From an uncultured Christensenella sp. (GTDB lineage Bacteria; Bacillota; Clostridia; Christensenellales; UBA1242): a stretch of DNA of 64,000 bases. Under the pieces are notes generated by a model. It saw only the letters and a list, made by a program, of their open reading frames with translations, searched no databases and was not told the origin of the DNA. The translations under genes and the position numbers were made by a program. Position 1 is the first letter of the stretch. Each line of letters opens with the position of its first letter. This document shows, one piece after another, positions 27,912 to 36,932 of the stretch. Location of the stretch: the NCBI GenBank assembly GCA_964439345.1, contig CAYTNS010000002.1, forward strand, positions 26,797 through 90,796, written 5' to 3'.

Positions 27912-29159
27912 TTATGCTACAGCATATTCTTTCTTATCAAAGATAATATCTATACGCCATATTCCAGTCTTTTCTACCTTTACCCCTGGGGTGAAATTAT
28001 TGCTAGTATCTGCTTCTTCCATAGTAAATTCCATTCCCATTGCATTGATAGTTAAAACGATATTTCCGTTATTATCTGTCCTATATACTATCATATTACT
28101 ATCGTAAGTGGATAATATATCTAGAGTCTCCTTGTGTGGGTGACCATATTTATTATTTGTGCCACATTGAATAATAGCATACTCAGGGTCTACAGCCTCG
28201 ATAAATTCTCTAGTCGTAGCATTATTACTGCCGTGATGTCCAACTTTTAATACATCAACATTATATGTGTCTCCATATACGCTAACATATTCGCCTAGGT
28301 TCTCTAGCTCTGCATCACCCGTAAATAGTATCCTATTGCCTAAGTATTCTAGTAACATAATAGGCGAATAATTATTAGGGTCGCCATAAGATATAGTATC
28401 TAGCGTTGGGGTTAGAAAATCAAATGTGTAGGTATAAGTTTTATCTCCACAAATTATGGTATTTGTAAAATCGCTATTTTTATTGAATACCTCTACAGGG
28501 CAATTTTCATTATATGCCGAGACCATAAAATTAGCATAAATTTGAGTAGTACTAGCATATCCATTGCCATAATTAAAGCTATCCGGCAGACTGCTAGACT
28601 TAGCATTATTTGAGTAATTATTAGGTCTAAAAATGTATTTAATATCATAGGTATCAATTACCCACGACATATTACCTGCGTGGTCAGAATCTTGGTGAGT
28701 AAGTAGTAAATAATCAAAAGAGTCAATATTATTAGCTGTAGTAAATTCGGTTATAGCCTCTTTATTATCGTTTCTTTTCTCCCCACTATCTATTATCATA
28801 TTCTTGCCATCGGGCAATTCTATTATAATACAATCCCCCTGTCCTACATCTATAAAGTTTACCTTTAAGTCTTCTAAAGTTGTTACAGTAGTGGTAACAT
28901 TTTTGTATAAACTAGGGTCGTAATTTAGATTTCCACCACTTGAGCCTGTATCCCCATCGGTATCTTCTATGCCGGGGTCATTTGGTGGCATAGGCCTAAA
29001 ATACATATCTATTAACCTATCTAGTGTGCCCGTAAAATATAGTATAGTAAAGGTAATCACTACACAAATTAAAATTATTAGTATCGGCTTCCAATAGCTT
29101 CTAACTATTCTCTCTGCCTCTTTCTTTTGTTTCTTTGTATACTTCCTTTTAGTTGCCAT
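27912..29159 (-). CDS. Membrane-anchored metallo-beta-lactamase-fold protein, ComEC C-terminal-domain-like
   Basis: A single N-terminal TM segment (WKPILIILICVVITFTILYF) followed by LLLTHQDSDHAGN, FTGDAE and KVGHHGS motifs, as in the ComEC/Rec2 MBL domain. No competence-channel domain is present. Confidence 0.7.
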   Translation of the reverse strand: MATKRKYTKKQKKEAERIVRSYWKPILIILICVVITFTILYFTGTLDRLIDMYFRPMPPNDPGIEDTDGDTGSSGGNLNYDPSLYKNVTTTVTTLEDLKVNFIDVGQGDCIIIELPDGKNMIIDSGEKRNDNKEAITEFTTANNIDSFDYLLLTHQDSDHAGNMSWVIDTYDIKYIFRPNNYSNNAKSSSLPDSFNYGNGYASTTQIYANFMVSAYNENCPVEVFNKNSDFTNTIICGDKTYTYTFDFLTPTLDTISYGDPNNYSPIMLLEYLGNRILFTGDAELENLGEYVSVYGDTYNVDVLKVGHHGSNNATTREFIEAVDPEYAIIQCGTNNKYGHPHKETLDILSTYDSNMIVYRTDNNGNIVLTINAMGMEFTMEEADTSNNFTPGVKVEKTGIWRIDIIFDKKEYAVA

Positions 29160-29423
29160 TTTTCACTCTCCCATTTCCCATATTATTTATTTTATTTTAT
29201 TTCCAGTATTTTTGTCAACCAAAGCAATGGCTACTATCAAGATAATTACATATTCACATCTAAACATATTTAGATATGTATATGTGTTCATAGGGGAATA
29301 TTTTCAGCCACTTTACCCTATATTATCCACTACACACGGGGATTTTTATAGCAAAAATACTTTATTTTTAAATAAAATAATTGTATACTATTAATTATCC
29401 ATTCATAAAAGAGGTTAATATTT

Positions 29424-30332
29424 ATGAGAAAGAGAAATGTAATACTAGATGTAGACACAGGAATTGACGATGCAGTCGCTATCGCCATGGCTACATATTC
29501 AAATAAACTTAATATTAAATTAATAACCACTATTGCAGGTAACCTATCGGTCAATGCTGTAACTAAAAATACACTTAATTTTTTACAAGCGATAGGCAAG
29601 AGAAATATCCCTGTAGCAGTGGGTGCAGATAAGCCTATGGAGAGGGAAAAAGATAATTCCATTCAAGCACATGGCAAGAGAGGTCTAGGCAAGTATAAAT
29701 TCCCTGCCCTAGAATTATCTCCCCTAAAAACTCCTGCCATAGATAAGATGTATGAGGTTATCAAAAAATCTAAAGAAAAGGTTACAATTGTAGCCCTAGG
29801 ACCACTTACAAATGTGGCAGAATTGCTAATCAAGTATCCCGATGTAAATGAGAATATCGACTATATCCTTATTAGCAGTGGCTTACTATATGACAATAAG
29901 AAAAACCCATATCTTAGTTTCAATGTAATGCAAGACCCAGAAGCTGCTAGATATGTACTTAAACTAGCAGACAAAGTAGTCATTTGCCCTAGCAACCACG
30001 GACATTCGGCATTCTTAACACCCGAAGAAGTAGAGCAAACTAGAGTCACAAATAAAACGGGTGAAATGCTAGAATTTATATTCAGAAGTTACAAAGATAG
30101 GCATGTAAAAGTGGGAATTGCCACTCACGACCCTTGTGCAGTAGTATATGCAGCACACCCAGAATATTTTGAAACTGAGGGAATGTATGTACATATTAGA
30201 TTCTTACAAAAACAAGGTACTGGCGTTATGGACTTTGATACCGATAGAGAGCCTAATGTAAAAGTAGCAACTAAAATCAATATCAAGAAATTTAAAAAAT
30301 TATACTTCAAGACTCTTAAAAAGATGCCTTAA
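29424..30332 (+). CDS. Nucleoside hydrolase (IU-NH family)
   Basis: N-terminal DVDTGIDDAVAI aspartate cluster, a THDP-type C-terminal motif, and 302 aa. Confidence 0.85.
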   Translation: MRKRNVILDVDTGIDDAVAIAMATYSNKLNIKLITTIAGNLSVNAVTKNTLNFLQAIGKRNIPVAVGADKPMEREKDNSIQAHGKRGLGKYKFPALELSPLKTPAIDKMYEVIKKSKEKVTIVALGPLTNVAELLIKYPDVNENIDYILISSGLLYDNKKNPYLSFNVMQDPEAARYVLKLADKVVICPSNHGHSAFLTPEEVEQTRVTNKTGEMLEFIFRSYKDRHVKVGIATHDPCAVVYAAHPEYFETEGMYVHIRFLQKQGTGVMDFDTDREPNVKVATKINIKKFKKLYFKTLKKMP

Positions 30333-30450
30333 AAAGATGATTATATATAATAAAAAGGTTAGAGATTTCTATTTTCTCTAACCTTTTTATTTGAGTATTT
30401 ATTTAACCAATTTATCTCACATTTACTAAATTCTATTCCCAAACGGGTTT

Positions 30451-30505
30451 AAAAAAAAGATATTTTCGATTAAAACATTATCCTTGTCCGAAAATATCTT
30501 TTTTA
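30451..30505 (-). terminator. Terminator after pheT (bidirectional hairpin)
   Basis: 12-bp stem AAGATATTTTCG / CGAAAATATCTT flanked by A8 and T6. Confidence 0.6.
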
Positions 30506-30510
30506 CTTAG

Positions 30511-32880
30511 TTATTCACTCTTTAGGTTAATTCCCTTACTAGCAAATGTGTCTATTACTAATTTATGGAAATTCTCGATATCTGCACTAGATAGAGTGTG
30601 CTCCATACTAGTTACATAGTATCTAACTGTATAACTCTTTGTATCACTCTCTTCATTATAGAAGATATCCAAAAGTTCGTATTTGTAAGTTAGGTCAGTC
30701 TTTAATGTTCCTGCGACATCATCTATCTTTGAATACAATTCGTCACTATTTAGAATGAAATTAAAGTCTAGTGTAGTTACAGGATATTTGGAAACCTGCT
30801 CAACTTTAGTTTGCCTAGAATCAATAGTTTCTAATCTGGTTGTATTAATCTCTGCTATAACTACATATTTATCTTTATCTATCTTATGCTCAATTGCTGG
30901 GTGAACTACGCCTATTCTACCTAGTTTAGTCTCCCCCGAATATACCTCGTAGTAATTGACTGGTGCTAAGTAATTTTCCTTTGGAGTGCTATAAATCAAT
31001 TTAACTGGAATACCTAGAACATAATCAAATAAGTAATGAATTATATCTTTTACATTAATTAATTTATCAGCTAGTTTTGCCTTATCTACTATCCAGCCCA
31101 TTCCCAAGGCTTTTTCTTCTATTGCTAGATTTTCACTATTTTTGCCAGTTACAATGTGTCCTACCTCAAATAGTCCAAATTCATCGCTATATCTTTTATT
31201 CTGAGCAACTGCCCTAATGATAGTTGGAAGCATTGTAGACCTAATGTAATCGTTATCTTTTTGTAATGAATTAATTAGTCTAATATATGACTCAGTCTCA
31301 ATTCCTAAGTCTTTATTAGCCTCAGCATCTTCCCAAATATAACTATGAATTTCGTGCATATTATATTTATCTGCTAGAGCAAATTTGATATCATAATCTC
31401 TTACAATATCTCTGCCTAGTCTAGTAAGTCCTACTGGTTGAATTATTGGTTTTGCCTCGATATTATCATAACCATACACTCTAGTAATTTCTTCTACTAT
31501 ATCGGCTTTAATAGAAATATCTTTTGTAGCTCTATACGATGGAACATCTACAGTGAATTTGTCGCCATCTACTTTTACACCAAAGCCTAGTGAAGTTAGT
31601 ATTTCCACCATCTTTTCTTTAGCAATAGAAATTCCTGCATATCTATCAATATATGCTTTATCTATCTCGATAGTAATCTTTGGATATTTATACTTATAAA
31701 CATCGGTTAAATTGCTTACTACTTTTGCACCATCATCTATGCCCTTTAATAAATAAGCATATCTTCTAAGTGCTGTCTCTGTCATTTCTGGGTCAAGGCT
31801 CTTTTCGTATCTAGCACTAGATTCACTCCTTAGTCCCAATGCTGTAGCAGTCTTTCTAACCTTGACTGCATCGAAATTGGCACTCTCTAAAAATACCGAT
31901 GTAGTATCGCTCTCTATCTCGCTACTTAATCCACCCATTACTCCGGCAATAGCACCTATCTCGCTATTTAGGTCAATAACCATTGTTCCTGCCGGTAATA
32001 CTCTTTTTGTTTCATCTAGTGTTACAAATTCAGTATCTTTATCTACATCTCTAACTAAAATACTATCTACCTTTCTACCATCAAAACTGTGCATAGGCTG
32101 ACCTAATTCTAGCATAATGTAATTGGTCAAATCGGCTAGTAGAGATATAGGCCTCATTCCACAGTAATATAGTCTAATCTGCATTTCCATAGGGCTAGTA
32201 TTTTTAGATACCCCCTCCATTCTAAGTGCAGAATATCTATAACAACTATCACTCTTAACTTCTATCTTTAGGTCAGGATTTTTTGAGTAATCGGCAGAGT
32301 CTACAGTGTACTCTTTTAATTTTCTACCAGTTATGGCAGCGATTTCTCTAGCTATGCCATAATGTCCCCAAGCATCAGGTCTATTAGTAAGTGACTTATT
32401 ATCTATCTCAATAATAGTATCTTCAATTGGGTATAACTTCTTTAAATCTACACCAATTTGAGTATCATCGCCTAAATCCATAATGCCACTATTGTCGTCA
32501 GTAATGCCTAATTCTTTTGCACTACAACACATTCCGTAACTCTCGACACCTACAAGTTTTGCCTTGCCAATAGTAATATCTCCTATCTTTGCACCCAAGG
32601 TTGCTAGAGCTGTAACCATTCCCACTCTTACATTTGGTGCACCACAAACTATCTGGATTACTTCGCTACCAGTATTAACTTTTAATATATGTAATTTCTT
32701 GCTCTCGGGGTGATTTTCTACACTCTCAATTCTAGCAGAAATTACTCCACTAATATCTTTACCCTTCTCAGTAACACCCTCGATTTCGGCACAAGACAAA
32801 GTAAATTTATTAGTAATATCCTCTATATCTAGACCATCTAGGTCTACAAAATCTTTAATCCAATTTAATGAAATATACAT
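30511..32880 (-). CDS. pheT: Phenylalanine--tRNA ligase beta subunit
   Basis: 789 aa. It has an N-terminal tRNA-binding domain, B3/4 and B5 regions, lies directly downstream of pheS, and begins with the typical MYISLNWIKDFV. Confidence 0.95.
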   Translation of the reverse strand: MYISLNWIKDFVDLDGLDIEDITNKFTLSCAEIEGVTEKGKDISGVISARIESVENHPESKKLHILKVNTGSEVIQIVCGAPNVRVGMVTALATLGAKIGDITIGKAKLVGVESYGMCCSAKELGITDDNSGIMDLGDDTQIGVDLKKLYPIEDTIIEIDNKSLTNRPDAWGHYGIAREIAAITGRKLKEYTVDSADYSKNPDLKIEVKSDSCYRYSALRMEGVSKNTSPMEMQIRLYYCGMRPISLLADLTNYIMLELGQPMHSFDGRKVDSILVRDVDKDTEFVTLDETKRVLPAGTMVIDLNSEIGAIAGVMGGLSSEIESDTTSVFLESANFDAVKVRKTATALGLRSESSARYEKSLDPEMTETALRRYAYLLKGIDDGAKVVSNLTDVYKYKYPKITIEIDKAYIDRYAGISIAKEKMVEILTSLGFGVKVDGDKFTVDVPSYRATKDISIKADIVEEITRVYGYDNIEAKPIIQPVGLTRLGRDIVRDYDIKFALADKYNMHEIHSYIWEDAEANKDLGIETESYIRLINSLQKDNDYIRSTMLPTIIRAVAQNKRYSDEFGLFEVGHIVTGKNSENLAIEEKALGMGWIVDKAKLADKLINVKDIIHYLFDYVLGIPVKLIYSTPKENYLAPVNYYEVYSGETKLGRIGVVHPAIEHKIDKDKYVVIAEINTTRLETIDSRQTKVEQVSKYPVTTLDFNFILNSDELYSKIDDVAGTLKTDLTYKYELLDIFYNEESDTKSYTVRYYVTSMEHTLSSADIENFHKLVIDTFASKGINLKSE

Positions 32881-32892
32881 ATCTTTTCTCCC

Positions 32893-33918
32893 TTATTTAA
32901 TCTTTGTCTGTTCCAAAACTTTTAGGTCTTTGCCATTCAAATTTCTAATATCTGTAAAGCCATAGGTCATCATAACTAGCCTACTTAGTCCTAGTCCGAA
33001 TGCAAAGCCCTGATACTCCTCAGGGTCTACTCCACCCATAGAAAGAACATTAGGGTGAATCATTCCACATGGACATAATTCTATCCAGCCACTATGCTTA
33101 CATACTCTACAGCCCTCACCTCCACAATATGGACAAGAGCAATCCAATTCAAAACCTGGTTCTACAAATGGGAAAAATCCCGGTCTCAATCTAACATTAA
33201 CTTCCCTCTCAAAGACTTCCGATAGCATCTTTTTCATAAAGTAAATAAGGTTACTAATAGAAACATTTTTATCTATCATTATGCCTTCCATCTGGAAGAA
33301 TGTATTTTCGTGACTGGCGTCTAGCTCCTCATTTCTAAAGCATCTACCTGGGAAGATAACCTTAAGTGGAGCACCATACTTTCTAATAATTCTATTTTGA
33401 CTAGCCGAAGTATGGGTCTTAAGAACCTCACCATTATCTAGATAAAAGGTATCCTGCATATCTCTAGCTGGGTGGAATTTAGGAATATTAACAGCCTCGA
33501 AGTTATTGTATTCAGTCTCAACCTCATTACCATCTTCTACTGCAAAACCCATTCCTCTAAAGATATTAATTAGTCTTTCTTGGATAATAGTTACTGGGTG
33601 AAGACTACCCTTTTTGTCTCCACTAGCTATAGTTAAATCCACCTTAGGCATAGAATTAAGTTCTTTTGTCAGTTCGGCATTTTTTAATTCCTCAGTTTTT
33701 TCTTCAATACCCTTTAAAACCTCTGCCTTTAATTCATTTACAGATACGCCAAAGACTTTCTTTTCCTCATTACTTAAGTCTTTAATCAATTTCATACACT
33801 GGGTCAAATGTCCATTCTTTCCTAGATAATTAACTCTAACATTATTTAGGTCGTCTAGCGAAGAAACGGCTGACATCTCTTTTAGATAACTCTCTTTAAT
33901 ACTATCTAATTCTTTCAT
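32893..33918 (-). CDS. pheS: Phenylalanine--tRNA ligase alpha subunit
   Basis: Class II motifs (FRNEELDASHENTFFQMEG, GFAFGLGLSRLVMM) and 341 aa. Confidence 0.95.
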   Translation of the reverse strand: MKELDSIKESYLKEMSAVSSLDDLNNVRVNYLGKNGHLTQCMKLIKDLSNEEKKVFGVSVNELKAEVLKGIEEKTEELKNAELTKELNSMPKVDLTIASGDKKGSLHPVTIIQERLINIFRGMGFAVEDGNEVETEYNNFEAVNIPKFHPARDMQDTFYLDNGEVLKTHTSASQNRIIRKYGAPLKVIFPGRCFRNEELDASHENTFFQMEGIMIDKNVSISNLIYFMKKMLSEVFEREVNVRLRPGFFPFVEPGFELDCSCPYCGGEGCRVCKHSGWIELCPCGMIHPNVLSMGGVDPEEYQGFAFGLGLSRLVMMTYGFTDIRNLNGKDLKVLEQTKIK

Positions 33919-33955
33919 TTTTATCTCCTTTTGCTTTTAGGGGTAAGTAGAATTT

Positions 33956-34225
33956 AAAAAAAGCCCTATGCCTTGGATTATTCCAAAGCATAGGGACGAA
34001 TTTTAACTCGTGGTACCACCCTATTTTAAAAATGCAGGTGCATTTTACTTAATTATAGTTTATATTACGTCAAACCACTCCGGCTGGTCATTTCCTACCA
34101 ACAGCTCTTATGTCCGAAATTCGGCGATTAATTTATCTTTTGTGAAACTCTCAGCTAATAATTTCACCTCTCTGTAAAGAACTTTAATCCCTACTAATAA
34201 CATAGTCATTGCCTTTATTCAACTG
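33956..34225 (-). promoter_or_regulatory. T-box riboswitch leader controlling pheST
   Basis: The minus strand reads AGAGAGGTGAAA (stem I distal motifs), GAAUUUCGG (offers Phe codons UUU/UUC, 34114-34124), and the T-box sequence AGGGTGGTACCACG (34009-34022). A terminator CCCTATGCTTTGG...CCAAGGCATAGGG with U7 follows (33956-33995). Confidence 0.85.
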
Positions 34226-34231
34226 TAGGTT

Positions 34232-34260
34232 AGTTTAGCACCAAAAGAAATATTTGTCAA
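34232..34260 (-). promoter_or_regulatory. Promoter of the pheST T-box leader
   Basis: The minus strand reads TTGACA (34260-34255), a 17-nt spacer, then TAAACT (34237-34232). Confidence 0.5.
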
Positions 34261-34264
34261 TGGA

Positions 34265-35941
34265 TTACATTGCATTAGGTGCATTGATGCCTAATAATTT
34301 TAATCCATCGTATAGTCTATCTTTAGTAGCTTTCACTAATTTTAATCTATATTTATTTACCTTGCCATCGTCAATTATTCTATAGTTATTGTAGAATTTA
34401 TTGAAATATCCACATAGATTAATTAGATATCTACTGATATAGCAAGGCTCGTAATCTAAGGCCGACTCTATAACACTTCTATCAAAGTCATTTAAGTGTT
34501 TAACTAGTTCGAATGTATCGCTATTATTTATATCCTCATACTCGCCAGATTCACCCAGTCCAGAAGCCTTGGATATAATGCTATTACATCTAGCAAAAGT
34601 ATACTGGATATATGGGCTGGTCTCACCATCAAAATTTAAACTAGCCTCTAGGTCAAATACGCAGTCTTTGATTCTCTCCGTCTTAAGTACACCAAATTTA
34701 ACTGCACCTATTCCTATATCCTCAGCCAATTTATCTATATCGTCTACCTTAGTTCCCCTAGTAGTTACTATCTCTTTTGCCTTGGATATAGATTGCTCTA
34801 ACATATCCTTTACTAGTGCTTGTTTGCCAAATCTACTACCAATCTTGCCTGTAGGCAAACTATATGTGCCGTATGAAATATGTTTAAGATTTTTTGCATA
34901 GTCTTTGCCCATTAATTCAAGGACCTTGAACCATCTCTCAAAGTGCAATTTTTGCTGTACACTAGTAACATATAGTCCCAAATCAAAGTGATATCTATCG
35001 TATCTATCTATAGCAGTGGCTAAATCTCTAGTTGCATACAAACTAGCACCATCGCTCTTTTGAATCATACATACACCTAGGTTATATTTCTCTAGGTCTA
35101 CTATCTTTGCACCCTCGCTAGTAATAAGCATTTTCTTTGCATCTAGTTCATCTAGCACAGGCTTCATTTTATCATTGTAATAAGCCTCACCTATCCAGCT
35201 ATCGAAGGTAATGCCTAGTATATCGCATAGCCTTTTAGCTTCAGCAATAGACACTTTAATAATCCTAGTGTATATATCCATAGCCTCAGGGTCTTTATTC
35301 TCAATCTTTACAAACCACTCTCTAGCCTCGGGATTTAATGTCTCGTCATTATCTGCCTCAACATTGAATTTAACATACATATCTTGGATATAGTCTACAC
35401 CCTTAGCCTCGATATCTTCAACCTTTCCCCATCTTTTGATAGCGCAAATCATCTTGCCAAATGGAGTGCCATAGTCGCCTACATAATTTAGTCTAACTAC
35501 ATTGTATCCCAAAAATTCGTATACATTAGATATTACACTACCTATTACTGTGGTAGACAAGTGTCCTATATGCATATATTTGGCAAGGTTCAAGCTACTG
35601 AAATCCAAAAAGACTGTCTTGCCCTTGCCAATAGGTGTAGGAGTGTATCCCTCCATCTCTTTCATAACAATATCATATATAGCCACTTTGTTTAGATAAA
35701 AATTAAGATATCCATTCACAGCATCGACTTTATCGAAAATCTCATCACTGCACTTGCCCTTTATATCCTCGGCTATCATCACTGGGCTCTTCCTTAAAAC
35801 TTTCGCCAAAGAAAAACAAGGAAGAGAAATATCTCCCATCTTGCTATCCGAAGTATATGTTAGCAATGAATACAAATTTTCCACATCGCTAAGCACATCT
35901 ATATTTTTAATCTTTTCAAATACTAAATTCTTTAAATCCAT
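34265..35941 (-). CDS. argS: Arginine--tRNA ligase
   Basis: Class I HIGH motif (AKYMHIGHL), the ArgRS N-terminal add-on, a DALR-type C-terminus, and 558 aa. Confidence 0.9.
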   Translation of the reverse strand: MDLKNLVFEKIKNIDVLSDVENLYSLLTYTSDSKMGDISLPCFSLAKVLRKSPVMIAEDIKGKCSDEIFDKVDAVNGYLNFYLNKVAIYDIVMKEMEGYTPTPIGKGKTVFLDFSSLNLAKYMHIGHLSTTVIGSVISNVYEFLGYNVVRLNYVGDYGTPFGKMICAIKRWGKVEDIEAKGVDYIQDMYVKFNVEADNDETLNPEAREWFVKIENKDPEAMDIYTRIIKVSIAEAKRLCDILGITFDSWIGEAYYNDKMKPVLDELDAKKMLITSEGAKIVDLEKYNLGVCMIQKSDGASLYATRDLATAIDRYDRYHFDLGLYVTSVQQKLHFERWFKVLELMGKDYAKNLKHISYGTYSLPTGKIGSRFGKQALVKDMLEQSISKAKEIVTTRGTKVDDIDKLAEDIGIGAVKFGVLKTERIKDCVFDLEASLNFDGETSPYIQYTFARCNSIISKASGLGESGEYEDINNSDTFELVKHLNDFDRSVIESALDYEPCYISRYLINLCGYFNKFYNNYRIIDDGKVNKYRLKLVKATKDRLYDGLKLLGINAPNAM

Positions 35942-36130
35942 ATATAAACCTTTCTAATTTTTTTAAGCAGTAATAGGTTAACACAATTTAAGCATTTTAG
36001 CAAGGAATAAGTCTAGATTGGGCCAAGAGTATTTTAAAATTACCAGTGTACTTATATATACCCCCTCACACATTGCAAATATATCACATATAGTGTACTG
36101 GGCAGTAAAATAGAAAAATAGGAGAGGATT

Positions 36131-36298
36131 ATGTGTTGTAATAGAAATTATAGAAGATGCAATAATACTTGCAGGTGCAACTGTAGTTGTGCAAACCCCT
36201 TTGTAAATATATGCAACTCAAATAACTGCTGTAATAGAACAATAATTAGGGTGGTATCGGGCGAGATTGCTACCGATGAACCCGAAAGCGATATCTAA
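36131..36298 (+). CDS. Small Cys/Asn/Arg-rich protein (55 aa), unknown function
   Basis: Below the track's size cut-off. GGAGAGG RBS, then the ATG at 36131. The product is MCCNRNYRRCNNTCRCNCSCANPFVNICNSNNCCNRTIIRVVSGEIATDEPESDI, with 10 Cys in the first 34 residues. A strong terminator follows. Confidence 0.5.
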   Translation: MCCNRNYRRCNNTCRCNCSCANPFVNICNSNNCCNRTIIRVVSGEIATDEPESDI

Positions 36299-36306
36299 TA
36301 AACTTT

Positions 36307-36339
36307 ATGCCATATTAAAAAATATAATATGGCATTTTA
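36307..36339 (+). terminator. Rho-independent terminator after the Cys-rich ORF
   Basis: ATGCCATATTA / TAATATGGCAT stem followed by TTTT. Confidence 0.65.
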
Positions 36340-36441
36340 CTTATTTAGACATATTATTAAAGTTAAAAGCATATAACATAATATGTCAAAAACCAACAAA
36401 AAAATTTTAGAAAAAATTTTATTTGGATATAAAAAATTTGC

Positions 36442-36470
36442 TTGACAACATTCGACATATAACTTATACT
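36442..36470 (+). promoter_or_regulatory. Promoter for the small membrane protein gene
   Basis: TTGACA (36442-36447), a 17-nt spacer, then TATACT (36465-36470). Confidence 0.5.
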
Positions 36471-36534
36471 TTTTATACTAAAACTTAATTTTTTAAATTT
36501 TGTTGGTTTATTAAAAAAGGAGAATGGAAAGTTT

Positions 36535-36756
36535 ATGGCAAAAAGTTCAGATTACTTTGGACTAGGATATCTTGTAAGTGTTATTCTTGCAATTATCCCT
36601 GTAACTGCTTGGATTTTAGGTGCTCTTACTAGATTTTCTGAGGGCAAAATCGTAGCAGGTCTCATCAGATTGATATTCGGTTTCACTATTGTTTGGGTTA
36701 TCGACCTTATCATGATGATCTTAAGCAAACACATTTGGCGTTTACTTAACATATAA
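36535..36756 (+). CDS. Small integral membrane protein (73 aa)
   Basis: AAGGAG RBS, two hydrophobic helices, and a terminator downstream (about 36766-36800). The antisense ORF at 36552-36752 has no RBS. Confidence 0.6.
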   Translation: MAKSSDYFGLGYLVSVILAIIPVTAWILGALTRFSEGKIVAGLIRLIFGFTIVWVIDLIMMILSKHIWRLLNI

Positions 36757-36932
36757 TTTGAAAAAAACTAGCCTATCCTAAGGTTAGTTTTTTATTTTTG
36801 TCTATTAAATCAAAACCAACATTTATTTATAAAGCCTTTATTTGTTAAGTACACACAAAGATGGTTCCCCAAATAGCAACCAAACAAAGAAAAAAACTAA
36901 GGTACTAATTAATTGCCTTAGTTTTTATTTTT

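Noticed and set aside
29330-29662. 110-aa minus-strand ORF, and the 60-aa + ORF at 29212-29394
   Set aside because: The first is antisense to the motif-bearing N-terminus (DVDTGIDDAVAI) of the nucleoside hydrolase. The second lies in the divergent promoter region without an RBS.
36071-36095. Palindrome-like CACATATAGTG upstream of the Cys-rich ORF as a third NrdR box
   Set aside because: The core is about 3 bp shorter than the 16-bp NrdR consensus, it occurs as a single copy, and the context has no link to nucleotide metabolism.
36552-36752. 66-aa minus-strand ORF mirroring the small membrane protein gene
   Set aside because: The + strand ORF has a consensus promoter, an AAGGAG RBS and a terminator. 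The minus ORF has none of these.
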